A DNA stretch of 64,000 nucleotides from an uncultured Gemmatimonadales bacterium (GTDB taxonomy: Bacteria > Gemmatimonadota > Gemmatimonadetes > Gemmatimonadales > Gemmatimonadaceae), in NCBI GenBank assembly GCA_963701965.1, contig OY969695.1, positions 4,544,001-4,608,000 of the forward strand, in the 5' to 3' direction. A program made the position numbers and the translations under genes. Below, in pieces: positions 21,205 through 31,623 of this stretch; positions within the stretch are counted from its first letter, which is position 1; each line of letters begins with the position of its first letter. The notes under the pieces were generated by a model. The model did no database searches. It was not told where the DNA came from and was given only the letters and a program-made list of their open reading frames with translations.

Positions 21205-21620
21205 TGGCCGGGCGCCGGCGGGGCGAGCGCCTCGCCCTCAACGCGGAGATCAACGTCGTCAGCTTGATCGACGTCATGATGCTCCTCATGATCATCTTCA
21301 TGATCACGGCGCCGATCATGCAGGGCGGCGTCGACGTCGCGCTGCCCAAGGCCGAGGCCAAGCCCCTCGAGCCCAAGAGCGGGTTGGTGGTGACCATCGA
21401 CCGGGCCGGGCAAATCTCCGTCGATGAGACGAAGCTCACGTATGGGGAGTTCCGGGCCAGCTTCAAAGCACTGGCCGCCCAGCGCGGGAAGGATGGCGTG
21501 TATCTCCGGGCCGATGCCGGTGTTCCCTACGGGACCGTCGTGGAGGTCCTGGCCGTGATGCGCAACACCGGCGTGGGTGACATTGGCCTGGTGGCCGAGC
21601 CGGAGGACGTCAAGCAGTGA
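21204..21620 (+). CDS. tolR: TolR (ExbD/TolR family)
   Basis: EINVVSLIDVMMLLMIIFMITAP, YLRADAGVPYG. Confidence 0.92.
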   Translation: MAGRRRGERLALNAEINVVSLIDVMMLLMIIFMITAPIMQGGVDVALPKAEAKPLEPKSGLVVTIDRAGQISVDETKLTYGEFRASFKALAAQRGKDGVYLRADAGVPYGTVVEVLAVMRNTGVGDIGLVAEPEDVKQ

Positions 21621-22348
21621 CGTCGGCGCCGCGGCTCGCGCCAGCCGCACGGGCTCCGTTCGGGACCTCGTTCGGTGCGGCGGCGTTGTTGCACGCCGCC
21701 TTCGTCGGGGTGCTCATTTTCATTGCCAACCGCAAGCCGCCGGACATGCCGCCGGTCTATCGGGTGAACATCTTGGCGGCCCCACCCGGGCCCCGGGCGA
21801 TTGGCGTCGTCTCGCCGACGCCGCCGCCCGAGGCGCCGCCGCCGGAGCCCACGACACCGCCGCCGCTGACCCAGCCGCCGCCGGTCGTACCCACGTTCAC
21901 CCCGCCCAAGAAGGCCCCGCCGCCCGTCAAACCCCAGCGCGCGACGCCCACGACGGCGCCGCCGCCGACCAAGCGTCCCCCGCCCCTTCCGCCAGCCGGC
22001 GGCGGGCCGACCGGCGGGACGGGGACCGACGTCGCGACGGTGCAGCTGGATCAGGGCATAGACTTTCCTTATCCGGCTTACCTCAATAACATCGTCCGTC
22101 AGGTGGCGCTCAACTTCAAACCCGATGACCCGAACACCGCCTTACGCGCGGTGGTCATGTTCGTCATTCGACGGAACGGTACGATCAGCAAGCCGCAATT
22201 CTCGACGCGGTCCGGCGACTACGCCTTCGACCTCGAGGCACAGGGGGCCATCGAGAAGGCGGCCACCGCGTTCGGGCCGCTCCCCGATGGGTTCAAGGAC
22301 GACGCGCTACCCGTGTATTTCAGCTTCGATCCCCGCATCCTCCATTGA
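21617..22348 (+). CDS. tolA: TolA/TonB-like protein
   Basis: N-terminal TM helix with His (ALLHAAF), Pro-rich linker, TonB_C-like end (SGDYAFD...FGPLP). Confidence 0.82.
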   Translation: MTSAPRLAPAARAPFGTSFGAAALLHAAFVGVLIFIANRKPPDMPPVYRVNILAAPPGPRAIGVVSPTPPPEAPPPEPTTPPPLTQPPPVVPTFTPPKKAPPPVKPQRATPTTAPPPTKRPPPLPPAGGGPTGGTGTDVATVQLDQGIDFPYPAYLNNIVRQVALNFKPDDPNTALRAVVMFVIRRNGTISKPQFSTRSGDYAFDLEAQGAIEKAATAFGPLPDGFKDDALPVYFSFDPRILH

Positions 22349-22355
22349 CGTCCTG

Positions 22356-23648
22356 ATGTCGAGATTTCTGCTCGGTGCCGGCGCCGTGCTTCTGCTGACG
22401 ACGGTCGCCGCTTCACCGGCGTTCGCGCAGGACAGCACGCAGCGCGGCGTCCATATTGGCCTGACCTATGCGCCCGGCACCCGTCCCGGCGTCACCGTGT
22501 TGCCGATCCTCGGCGTGGGCGGTGACTCGGCGCAGGCGCTCCTCCAACGCGATTTGGACTACGGGGACCGGGTAACGATCATCGCCACCACCGGCGTCGC
22601 CAGTACCGGCTCGCCGGACGTCAACTACCCCCTGTACGCCAAGCTCGGCGCCGCGGCCGTGGTGCAAGCATTCCTGGCGCCGACCACCCTGCACGTGCTG
22701 GTGCACGATGTGCGCGGGCAGAAAATCCTGCAGACCCGCGACTTCCCCGTGCCGTCGACGGTCGGGTCGCCGGAATGGCGCTTCGCGATCCACGCCGCCT
22801 CTGACGCCATCGAGCAGACCATCACGGGCACCAAGGGGATCGCCGCCACCCGCATTCTCTTCGTGCGCGACGGGCAGATCTACGTGTGCGATGCGGACGG
22901 CGCCGACGTGAAGGCGCTAACCCCCAAGGAGGGGGCCCTGTCGCCAGCCTGGCATCCCTCGGGCCGGTACATCGCCTACTCGGTATTCACCAACGCGGGG
23001 ACATCGATCGTTGTCCAGGATCTGACCAACGGTTCGACGCGACATCTCGTGGGGACGCCAGGCGGACTCAACAGTGCTCCGGTCTTCTCGCCCGACGGCA
23101 AGACTATCGTCTATGCCCACGGCGACGAAGTCGGCACCGATTTGTTCGCCGCGAATCCGTTCACCAACGATCCCGCGCGCCGGATCACCGTGGGACATGG
23201 CACGGACAACACCCAGCCGACATTCAGTCCCGACGGCCAGCAGATCGCGTTCACCTCGGGTCGTGCCGGACACCCTGAGATATATATTACCGACGTCGAC
23301 GGGACGAACACGGACTTGCTGACGCCATATCAGTTCGGTGGGGAATTTTACCGTGCCGGGGCCGACTGGTCGCCGGATGGGCGAACGATTGCTCTGCAGT
23401 CGTTCGTGTCGAGCGTATTTCAGATCGAGACCATCAGCCTGCGCGATCGCAGCATGAAGCAGCTGACGAGCGAAGGGCGCAACGATGATCCCGCGTGGGC
23501 GCCCGACAGCCGGCACATGGTCTTCACGTCGACGCGTTCGGGCCTCCGGCAGCTGTGGGTGTTGGATGTCGAATCCGGCCGCGTGCGGCAGCTCACGTTC
23601 GGCAGCGAGGCTCGCATCGCTGCCTGGTCGCGCGCACTCGTGCCATGA
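22356..23648 (+). CDS. tolB: TolB beta-propeller periplasmic protein
   Basis: Signal peptide; PD40 repeats (SPAWHPSG, PVFSPDG, PTFSPDG, DWSPDG, PAWAPD). Confidence 0.93.
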   Translation: MSRFLLGAGAVLLLTTVAASPAFAQDSTQRGVHIGLTYAPGTRPGVTVLPILGVGGDSAQALLQRDLDYGDRVTIIATTGVASTGSPDVNYPLYAKLGAAAVVQAFLAPTTLHVLVHDVRGQKILQTRDFPVPSTVGSPEWRFAIHAASDAIEQTITGTKGIAATRILFVRDGQIYVCDADGADVKALTPKEGALSPAWHPSGRYIAYSVFTNAGTSIVVQDLTNGSTRHLVGTPGGLNSAPVFSPDGKTIVYAHGDEVGTDLFAANPFTNDPARRITVGHGTDNTQPTFSPDGQQIAFTSGRAGHPEIYITDVDGTNTDLLTPYQFGGEFYRAGADWSPDGRTIALQSFVSSVFQIETISLRDRSMKQLTSEGRNDDPAWAPDSRHMVFTSTRSGLRQLWVLDVESGRVRQLTFGSEARIAAWSRALVP

Positions 23649-23686
23649 ATGTTGGTTTCCGTTTCCTTCCTATTGGAGAGCATGCA

Positions 23687-24289
23687 ATGACCCGCTTGTC
23701 ACGCGTCGTCGTCCCTTCAGTGGTGGTCCTGGCAGTGGCCGCGGCCGCCTGCGGGAAATCCGCGCCTCCACCGGCCACCACGCCGGCCCCGGCGCAGGCG
23801 CCGGCGGCACCGCCCGTGGATAACGACGCGGCCCGTCGGGACTCGATCGCGCGCGCCCAGCGGATCGCCGACAGCCTGCGCGCCGAGCAGGATCGCCTGG
23901 CGGCGGCCATCGCCGCGGCGCGGAATACGATCACGGCGACGATCTATTTTGATCTCGACAAGTCCGACCTGACGGACCAGGACAAGGCGTCGCTCGATCA
24001 GAAAGTCCCGATTCTCAACGCCAACAGCGGCCTCCGGATTCGCGTCGCCGGGAATTGCGATGAGCGCGGCTCCGACGAATACAATCTGGCCCTGGGCCAG
24101 CGCCGGGCGGCGGCTGCCAAGCGCTATCTCACCGATCATGGCGTCGACGGCTCGCGGATTGACGTGATCTCGTACGGGAAGGAACGGCCCGTGGCTCCCG
24201 GTCACGACGAAGGCGCTTGGGCGCAGAACCGGAACGATCAGTTCGAGATCACGGCGGGCGGCGACAACCTGAAGACGGCGGGACAATGA
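23687..24289 (+). CDS. pal: Peptidoglycan-associated lipoprotein Pal
   Basis: Lipobox AAAC; IYFDLDKS, GNCDERGSDEYNLALGQRRA, SYGKERP, NR. Confidence 0.95.
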   Translation: MTRLSRVVVPSVVVLAVAAAACGKSAPPPATTPAPAQAPAAPPVDNDAARRDSIARAQRIADSLRAEQDRLAAAIAAARNTITATIYFDLDKSDLTDQDKASLDQKVPILNANSGLRIRVAGNCDERGSDEYNLALGQRRAAAAKRYLTDHGVDGSRIDVISYGKERPVAPGHDEGAWAQNRNDQFEITAGGDNLKTAGQ

Positions 24290-25125
24290 TCCACGGGACT
24301 CGCCTCGCGCGGGTCCTTCGCTGTGCCCTCGCTCCGGTCGCCGCGTTGGCGGCCGGAGCGTGTTTTGCGACGCGGGAAGACGTCCGTCTGCTCCAGAGCC
24401 AGATGCAGGCCACCCAGGCCCAATCGGCGCAGGCCGACTCCCAGCGCAAGGCGCAGCTCGACCGCGTGGTCGAGCAACTGGGGCTGGTCACCGACTCGCT
24501 GGGCGGGCTCGCCGAGCGCCTCGCCAAGTTTCAGGGCGACGTGGAAGGGTCGGTGTACTCGATGGGCCAGCAGTTGATTCAGATTCAGGAGCTTACCGGA
24601 CAGAGTCAGCGGCGCCTGCAGGAGCTGCGGGCCGGGCTCGAGGTGCAACGGGGGACCTTCGGCCCGCCGACCCTCCAGAACGGGACGGCCGGGGGCGCGA
24701 CGCCCTCCGACAGCACCCGCCCGGCGGGTGCCGCGGCGGGGGCGGGAACGCCGGGACCCAACGAGTTGTACCAGTTGGCACTCGAACAGCTGCGCCGGGG
24801 TAGTACGGGCGCGGCACGGACGGCCTTCTCGGATCTGCTGCGGCAGTACCCGAACGCCAATGTTGCATCGGACGCGCAGTTCTACGTCGCGGACTCGTAT
24901 GACCGGGAAGGGAACACCGCGGCGGCCGATTCGGTGTACCAGCTCGTCGTGCAACGCTATCCGTCGTCCGAGCGGGCGCCGACGGCGCTGTACAAGCACG
25001 CCTCCGCGTTGCAAGCGTCGGGCAAGACGCAGGCGGCGCGGGCCGCGCTGCAGCAAGTGATCGCCAAGTACCCGCGGTCGGACGAGGCGGTGCTCGCCAA
25101 GGATCGGCTGCGGACGTCGAAGTAA
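24286..25125 (+). CDS. cpoB: Tol-Pal system TPR lipoprotein CpoB/YbgF
   Basis: Lipobox AGAC, coiled coil, C-terminal TPRs with YP motifs; follows pal. Confidence 0.88.
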   Translation: MIHGTRLARVLRCALAPVAALAAGACFATREDVRLLQSQMQATQAQSAQADSQRKAQLDRVVEQLGLVTDSLGGLAERLAKFQGDVEGSVYSMGQQLIQIQELTGQSQRRLQELRAGLEVQRGTFGPPTLQNGTAGGATPSDSTRPAGAAAGAGTPGPNELYQLALEQLRRGSTGAARTAFSDLLRQYPNANVASDAQFYVADSYDREGNTAAADSVYQLVVQRYPSSERAPTALYKHASALQASGKTQAARAALQQVIAKYPRSDEAVLAKDRLRTSK

Positions 25126-25191
25126 AGTCGTTCGCCCGTCAGGCCGTTCCTCGTTCCTAAAAGTCGGGCCGTTCCCGCCGCCAGCCTCCTC

Positions 25192-25995
25192 GTGACACCG
25201 AGCCGCACCCCCGCCGCCGAAATGCCGTTCCTCGACCATCTCGAGGAGCTGCGCTGGCGCATCATCAAATCCCTCGGGGCGCTGGTGGTGACGGTCGGGG
25301 CGTCGTTCGCCGTGCTCTACCAATTCGACATCGTGCCCATCCTGGCCCGGCCCATCCTGCCGTTGTTGCACGGGCACAAGCTGATCTTTCTGCACCCGAC
25401 CGACTCGTTCACGATCTACATGACGATCTCGATCATTCTCGGCGTGATCGTCGCCTCGCCCGTCGTCGTCTACCAGGCGTGGGCGTTCCTGTCGCCGGCG
25501 TTGTACAAGCACGAGAAGCGCCTGGTGACGCCGGTGGCCATTGGCGCGGTGCTGCTCTTTCTCTGCGGCGTCAGCGTGTCCTACTTCGGGGTCATGCCCC
25601 TCGCGCTCCAGTGGCTGCTCGCGTTTCAGACGCAATCGCTGGAGCCGATGATCAGCGTCCTCGAGTACTTTGATTTTCTGCTGACCATGTCCCTGGCGTT
25701 CGGGCTCTGCTTCGAGTTGCCGATCGTCATTCTGGTGCTGACCGCGCTCGGCCTGGTCACCCCGATGTTTCTCCGGAAGTACCGGCGGCATGCCGTCGTC
25801 CTGTGTACGTTCGTCGGCGCGTTCCTCACGCCCGGCGATCTCGTCTGGACCACGCTGGCCATGGCGGTGCCGCTCTATCTCTTGTACGAGCTGAGCATTC
25901 TGCTATCGAGCGTGATCTATCGGCGGCAACAGCGCAAGACGGACGCCGATGACGAGAACGACGACGTGCAGCAGAAGCGTCTGATCACGGCGTGA
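25192..25995 (+). CDS. tatC: Twin-arginine translocase TatC
   Basis: EMPFLDHLEELRWR, YQAWAFLSPAL, FELP, LTPGD, LYELSI. Confidence 0.96.
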   Translation: MTPSRTPAAEMPFLDHLEELRWRIIKSLGALVVTVGASFAVLYQFDIVPILARPILPLLHGHKLIFLHPTDSFTIYMTISIILGVIVASPVVVYQAWAFLSPALYKHEKRLVTPVAIGAVLLFLCGVSVSYFGVMPLALQWLLAFQTQSLEPMISVLEYFDFLLTMSLAFGLCFELPIVILVLTALGLVTPMFLRKYRRHAVVLCTFVGAFLTPGDLVWTTLAMAVPLYLLYELSILLSSVIYRRQQRKTDADDENDDVQQKRLITA

Positions 25996-28900
25996 CGGGA
26001 ACCGCGTGCGCGCGCGCTCTGGCGCTCGCCGTCGCGCTCGCCCTCGCATTCCTGGCGTGGGCGCAACCCGCGGCGGCCCAGGTGCCGACCCGGCCCGCCC
26101 TCCCGCAGCAGTATCCTCCGACGCAGAACCAGCGGCGCACCACCCGCGACTCCATCATCGCCGACTCGCTGCGTAAGCTGTACGCCTCGGATTCGGTGAA
26201 GCACGCGGTGCACTGGGTGGAGCCCGATTCGATGGCCCAGGCCCTCCTCGACCGGGAAGGCTACTCCATCACCCGGTACCAGGGCCGCGAAGCCAAGCTC
26301 AACGCCGACACGCACGACTTGCAGGTCGAGGGCGAGAAGCACGTCAACGTCGGACGCGCCGCCGTCCAGCGGGACACGACGCTGATCATCGGCAACACGC
26401 TGCATTACAACGACAGCACGCAGCAGGTCGACGCCAAGGGCGACACGATCGTGCTGCACGATCCCACGCAGAACGAGAGCGACGTGTTCTCGTTCGGCCA
26501 TCTGACGTACAATGTGGCGAACCACACCGCGGTCGTGACCACGGTGTCGACCGAGTACACGCAAAGCGGCCAACGGTGGTTCATCGCCGCCAAAAAGGCG
26601 GCGTACGTCGGCGACACGACCAAGGGGAAGGAGGGCGGTCACAGCGTGTTTTATGGCCGCGACGCCGACATCACGACGTGCGACGACTCGTTTCCCCACT
26701 ATCACATCAAGGGTGGGGAGATGAAGTACGTCTCCAAACGGGTGCTCGTCATCCGGCCGGCCGTGCTCTACATCGCCGACGTCCCGATTCTCTGGCTGCC
26801 GTTCATGTTCCAGGACCTGCGGCGCGGGCGCCGGAGCGGCATCTTGACGCCGCACTTCGGATTTACGGAGCTGATCCGCAACAACCCGGACTATCGTCGC
26901 CACCTCGAGAATCTCGGCTACTACTTCGACCTGGGCGAATACGCCGACGCGACCGCCTGGCTGGATTGGCGGAGCGGCGCCCGCCCGACGGTGGGAGACC
27001 CGGGGTACGTCCAGTACAATGGCGAATTCCGGTATCGGTGGCTGAACCGGTTCCTCAATGGCGATCTGGCGATGAATTACCGCAGCCAACAGGACGGATC
27101 GACGAACACGTCGATCTATTGGAACCACCGCCAGGACTTCTCGCTGCACTCCCATCTGCAGCTGAACATCAACTACGTCACCAGCACGATCGTCCAGCAA
27201 CAGGCCTATCTCAACCCCTACGCCGCGCTGGCCAACATCAATTCCCAGCTCAATTTCCAACAGGATCTGGGACCGACGTCGATCAGCATCGGCGGCACGC
27301 AGACGCAGTATCCGGGTCAGACGCGTCTCGATCGGACCTTTCCGACGGTGAGCCTGTCGTCGAAGCCGGTGCAGCTCGGCAACGTGTTCACGTGGTCTCC
27401 GTCGCTGTCGCTCACCAATGCCCAGAGCTTCAACATCAATCAGACGGGCGATTTCCAGTCCTTCTACCTGATCACGCCCCAGGGAAACCTGGACAGCACC
27501 ACGCTCAACCGCGACACGCGGAACACCACCGCATCGTTCGACACGCCGATCAAGTTCTTCGGGTTCAACCTGCGCAACTCGTTCAACGTCCGCGACCAGT
27601 TCAACAACTTTCCGCAGACGGACATCATCTACACGCCCGCCCGGATCAACGGCCGCGACACGACCGTCCAGTCGACGCGCGTGTTCCGCACCACCTACGC
27701 CACGGCGCTCGACTGGGACACGGGCCTCGACCTCCCGCCGATCGGCCAGGGCAAGTGGAACATCATCCCCAGCGTGTCGATCGTGAACGCGGACGCCCAG
27801 GCGCCGTTCCTCCAACGCACCGAGCTCTCGGGCGCCGATTTCGTCACGCAGTCCAAGCGTCTGGTCTACGGGGTCAGCGCGTCGCCGACGTTCTTCGGGC
27901 TCTTCCCGGGGTTCCTCGGCATCTCGCGGTTCCGCCACTCGATCACGCCGACGGTGTCGTTCAACTACTCCCCAGAGGCGCACGTGGACGACACGTTCCT
28001 GCTCGCCAACGGCCAGAACCCGTCGGGCTACCTGGGGAACCTGGAACAGGAGTCCATGACGATCGGGTTGTCGACGAACATCGAGGCCAAGTTCCGCGAC
28101 GGACCGGACACCGCGCCGGACAACGGGACCAAGATCAAGCTGCTGTCGCTCAACTTCGATCCCGTGACCTACGATTTCGCGCGAGCCCGGGCCACGCACT
28201 CCACGGGCCTCACCACCAATTCGTTCGGCTACGATCTCCGCACCGAGATGATCCCCGGGTTCGATTTCCGGGAGACGTACTCGCTGTTTCAGGGGAATCC
28301 CGAGAGCGACACGGCGGTGTTCAAGCCGTTTCTGACGTCGGTCAGCGCGAGCTTTTCGTTCGGCGCGAACTCGCGCCTCCTCGACCCGTTCAAGAAACTC
28401 CTCGGCATTCCCGTCAAACCCGCCAAGCCCGACTCCATGGCGGGACGCGATCCGTTCTTCGCCCAGCAGGCCGCGGCGGCGCACGTCGCCGGCCAAGGGG
28501 CCCAGTACGCGCAGTACGCCATCCCCCAGGCCGGCCAAGGATGGAACGTGTCGGTGACGTACACCGAGAACCGCCAGCGGCCCCCGGTGGGCAACCTCCA
28601 GAACGCCATCACGTTCGATCCGCTGTCGCAGTGTACGCAGTTCCAGACCACGAACCCCTCGCTGTACGCGATCTGCGTCAACACGCACCGCTATCAATCG
28701 TTCGCCGCGGATTCCCTCGGCGGCATCAATGCGACCACGCAAGGCGCGCCGTTTCTCATCGTCCCGCCGCAACAATCGGTGTCCGGGTCCCTCTCGTTCA
28801 ACATCACGCCGCGATGGTCGGCCCAGTGGCAGACCACCTACGACTTCACGGGGCACAACTTCGCGAGCCAGGTCGTCACGTTGCAGCGCGACTTGCACGA

Positions 28901-29051
28901 CTGGCGCGCCGTGTTCTCATTCACCCAGTCGCCGACCGGGAGTTTCGGCTTTACGTTCTTCGTGGCCCTCAAGGCCGAACCGGCACTCAAATTCAACTAT
29001 GACCGAAGCTCGTACCGCGCGCCGACCGGCAGTAGCGGGACACAATTCTGA
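25992..29051 (+). CDS. lptD: LptD-like outer-membrane LPS assembly protein
   Basis: Signal peptide; ITTCD..PHYH, RRSGILTP, long aromatic beta-strand pattern, RDLHDW near the C-terminus. Confidence 0.82.
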   Translation: MTGTACARALALAVALALAFLAWAQPAAAQVPTRPALPQQYPPTQNQRRTTRDSIIADSLRKLYASDSVKHAVHWVEPDSMAQALLDREGYSITRYQGREAKLNADTHDLQVEGEKHVNVGRAAVQRDTTLIIGNTLHYNDSTQQVDAKGDTIVLHDPTQNESDVFSFGHLTYNVANHTAVVTTVSTEYTQSGQRWFIAAKKAAYVGDTTKGKEGGHSVFYGRDADITTCDDSFPHYHIKGGEMKYVSKRVLVIRPAVLYIADVPILWLPFMFQDLRRGRRSGILTPHFGFTELIRNNPDYRRHLENLGYYFDLGEYADATAWLDWRSGARPTVGDPGYVQYNGEFRYRWLNRFLNGDLAMNYRSQQDGSTNTSIYWNHRQDFSLHSHLQLNINYVTSTIVQQQAYLNPYAALANINSQLNFQQDLGPTSISIGGTQTQYPGQTRLDRTFPTVSLSSKPVQLGNVFTWSPSLSLTNAQSFNINQTGDFQSFYLITPQGNLDSTTLNRDTRNTTASFDTPIKFFGFNLRNSFNVRDQFNNFPQTDIIYTPARINGRDTTVQSTRVFRTTYATALDWDTGLDLPPIGQGKWNIIPSVSIVNADAQAPFLQRTELSGADFVTQSKRLVYGVSASPTFFGLFPGFLGISRFRHSITPTVSFNYSPEAHVDDTFLLANGQNPSGYLGNLEQESMTIGLSTNIEAKFRDGPDTAPDNGTKIKLLSLNFDPVTYDFARARATHSTGLTTNSFGYDLRTEMIPGFDFRETYSLFQGNPESDTAVFKPFLTSVSASFSFGANSRLLDPFKKLLGIPVKPAKPDSMAGRDPFFAQQAAAAHVAGQGAQYAQYAIPQAGQGWNVSVTYTENRQRPPVGNLQNAITFDPLSQCTQFQTTNPSLYAICVNTHRYQSFAADSLGGINATTQGAPFLIVPPQQSVSGSLSFNITPRWSAQWQTTYDFTGHNFASQVVTLQRDLHDWRAVFSFTQSPTGSFGFTFFVALKAEPALKFNYDRSSYRAPTGSSGTQF

Positions 29052-29189
29052 CCGCTTTTTGTGTCCTGATTCGAGGACAGCAGCGCGAGCTTAACACTTG
29101 CATCAACCTGTGCGTCATAGGGTTAGAGTCGACTGTCTCTTTGGCCCACCGGCTGCGAGAGCACGGGTAGCCATTACAGAGGAGCACAC

Positions 29190-30017
29190 ATGATTCCGGT
29201 ACGTCTGGGACTTGGCGCCATGGTCGTCATCGGCGCCCTCGTCGCATGCAACGATAACAACAACTTGAGCACGGTTCCGTCGAACGTGACGCTGCCGGTC
29301 CCGACCGGTCTCGTGTACCAGCTCAACATCGGCGAGCAGGTGGGCTCCGACTCTATCATCTACCCGGGCGTGCTCCTCAGCTGGATCCCGGGCAATGACC
29401 CCGACACCCTGGTCAACGATTTCGCGGTCTACGGGAGTCAGGACACGTCGAACACGGCCAACTCGACGCTGCGGGCCATCACGACGTCCCCGTCGTTCCA
29501 CGACGCCGGCACGCCGCAGAATTTCTACTTCGTCACGAGCCAGGACGTCGCCGGCGACCAGAGCGGGGCGTCCAACGTCGTCAAGATCAACGCCGCGGAC
29601 ACGGTCCGGACACCGGCCGGCGTGGTCGGCACCGCGCTCGACTCGGCCGTGGAGCTCGCCTGGCAGCCGAACTCGATCACCGGCCCCAACGGCAACCGGT
29701 TCGACTTTTATCGGGTCTACTCGGACGATGTGAGCGGGGGCCAGTGCGTCGCCAATGCGTTCGTGCTCGAAGGACAGAGTGTCTCCAACGCCTTCGTGAT
29801 CACGGGCATCGCCAACAATGTCCCGCGCTGTTACTGGACGTCGGCCGTCACGCTGAGCGGCCACGAGAGTGCATTTTCCAACGTCGTCGTCCTGACGCCC
29901 TCCGCTTCGCAGCCGCCGTTCTCCGCCGAGCACATCGCGGCGAATGCCACGGTGATCGTGCACCACCCGGTGGTCCTGCATAAGGCGCACGCCATCGTGC
30001 GTGTCATGCCCCACTAA
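29190..30017 (+). CDS. Lipoprotein with two fibronectin type III-like domains and a His-rich tail
   Basis: GAGGAG SD; lipobox LVAC; two PxGL...LxW...YxVY...GxES..SN patterns. Confidence 0.72.
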   Translation: MIPVRLGLGAMVVIGALVACNDNNNLSTVPSNVTLPVPTGLVYQLNIGEQVGSDSIIYPGVLLSWIPGNDPDTLVNDFAVYGSQDTSNTANSTLRAITTSPSFHDAGTPQNFYFVTSQDVAGDQSGASNVVKINAADTVRTPAGVVGTALDSAVELAWQPNSITGPNGNRFDFYRVYSDDVSGGQCVANAFVLEGQSVSNAFVITGIANNVPRCYWTSAVTLSGHESAFSNVVVLTPSASQPPFSAEHIAANATVIVHHPVVLHKAHAIVRVMPH

Positions 30018-30041
30018 CGGTGATGGCGCACTGATGCAACC

Positions 30042-30082
30042 GACGCCGTACCCTTGAACGACAGGGTACGGCGTCCGACATT
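30042..30082 (+). promoter_or_regulatory. Perfect 13-bp inverted repeat overlapping the probable hutH promoter
   Basis: GACGCCGTACCCT-N8-AGGGTACGGCGTC; TTGAAC(30054)-17 nt-GACATT(30077) ending 7 nt before the hutH ATG. Confidence 0.55.
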
Positions 30083-30089
30083 CCGGGCG

Positions 30090-31623
30090 ATGCCCGAGAC
30101 CGTGGTCCTCGACGGGCGCACACTGACCGTCGATGAAGTGTTCGCCGTCGCCACCACCGCCGCGCCGGTGCGCCTGGCCCCCGAAGCGCGGGCGCGCATG
30201 GAGCGCACCCGCGCCATCGTCGAGCATATCGTCGATCGCCGGGATGTGGTCTACGGGGTCACGACCGGATTCGGCAAGCTGTCCGAAGTCGCCATCCCGC
30301 TCGACCGCCTGGCCGACCTGCAAGTCAATCTCATCCGCAGTCATGCCGCCGGTGTGGGTGCTTTCCTGCCGGAACGGGAAGTGCGCGCGATGATGGTTCT
30401 GCGCGCCAACGTCCTGGCCACCGGCCGGGCCGGGTGCCGGCCGGCACTCGTCGAGCTGCTCATCGGGATGCTCCAGGCGGGCCTCTACCCGCCGATTCCG
30501 GAACAGGGCAGCGTGGGCGCCAGCGGCGACCTGGCGCCGCTCTCGCATTTGGCCTTGAGCCTCATCGGCGAAGGTACGCTGCGCCACGGGACCCGCGCCG
30601 GCCCGGCGAGCGCCATGCTCCGCGAGCAGGGGCTGGCGCCGGTCGTACTGGGACCGAAAGAGGGTATCTCGCTCGTCAACGGCACGCAGGCGCACACCGC
30701 GGTCGGCTTGCTGGCGCTCGTCGATGCGCGGCGCCTGTGGCACGTCGCGCACGTCGCCGGCGCCATGACGCTCGAAGGTCTGCTCGGCACGCCGGTGGCG
30801 TTCGATGACCGGATCCAGGAGGCGCGCGGACAACACGGCCAGCGTTCGTCCGCCGCGCTCCTGCGCGAGCTGCTCGAGGACAGCCAGATTCGCGAGTCGC
30901 ACCGGCACAACGACCCGCGCGTCCAGGATGCGTACGCGCTCCGCTGCATGCCGCAGGTGCACGGCCCGGTCCGCGATGCCATCGACTTCGCCGCGACGAT
31001 CATTGGACGCGAAGTGAACGCGGCGACCGACAATCCGCTCGTGTTCGACGACGGAACGATGCTGTCGGGAGGCAACTTCCACGGGCAGTCGGTGGCGATG
31101 GTGCTGGACTTCCTGGCGATCGCGCTCACCAACCTGGCCACGATGGCCGAACGCCGCATTGACCGCCTCGTCAACCCGGATCTCAACCAGGGACTGCCGC
31201 CGTTCCTCTCCCGCGATGCGGGAGTGAACTCGGGGTACATGATGGTCCAGGTCACCGCCGCGGCCCTGGCCAGCGAATGCAAGGGACTGGCGCACCCGGC
31301 CAGCGTCGACAGCATCCCCACGGACGGGAACAAGGAAGACGTGGTGCCCATGGCGATGGGCGCGGCCTGCAAACTGCGGCGCATCGTGCACAACGTCCGC
31401 CACGTGTTGGCGATCGAATTGCTCTGCGGCGCCATGGCCATCGACTACCGCGCGCCGCTCACCCCAGGCATCGGCGTCCGCCGCGCCCACCGGCGCATCC
31501 GCGAGCTGAGTGGACCCGCTCGGCGACGATCGCGTGCCGAGCGGCGACATTGCCGCGCTGGCCGACGCCATCGCCGCTGGCGACTTCGATTGGGTACTCT
31601 CCGATGACTACGCTCGCGCCTGA
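30090..31623 (+). CDS. hutH: Histidine ammonia-lyase with an apparent +1 frameshift near the 3' end
   Basis: [12 protein letters not shown] motif [26 protein letters not shown]; as read it ends at 31607, but removing A31509 restores the family-like tail [21 protein letters not shown] ending at 31623. Confidence 0.93.

Noticed and set aside
29052..29189. Riboswitch upstream of the Fn3 lipoprotein
   Set aside because: Only short hairpins; no aptamer consensus recognised by eye. An Rfam cmscan would settle it.
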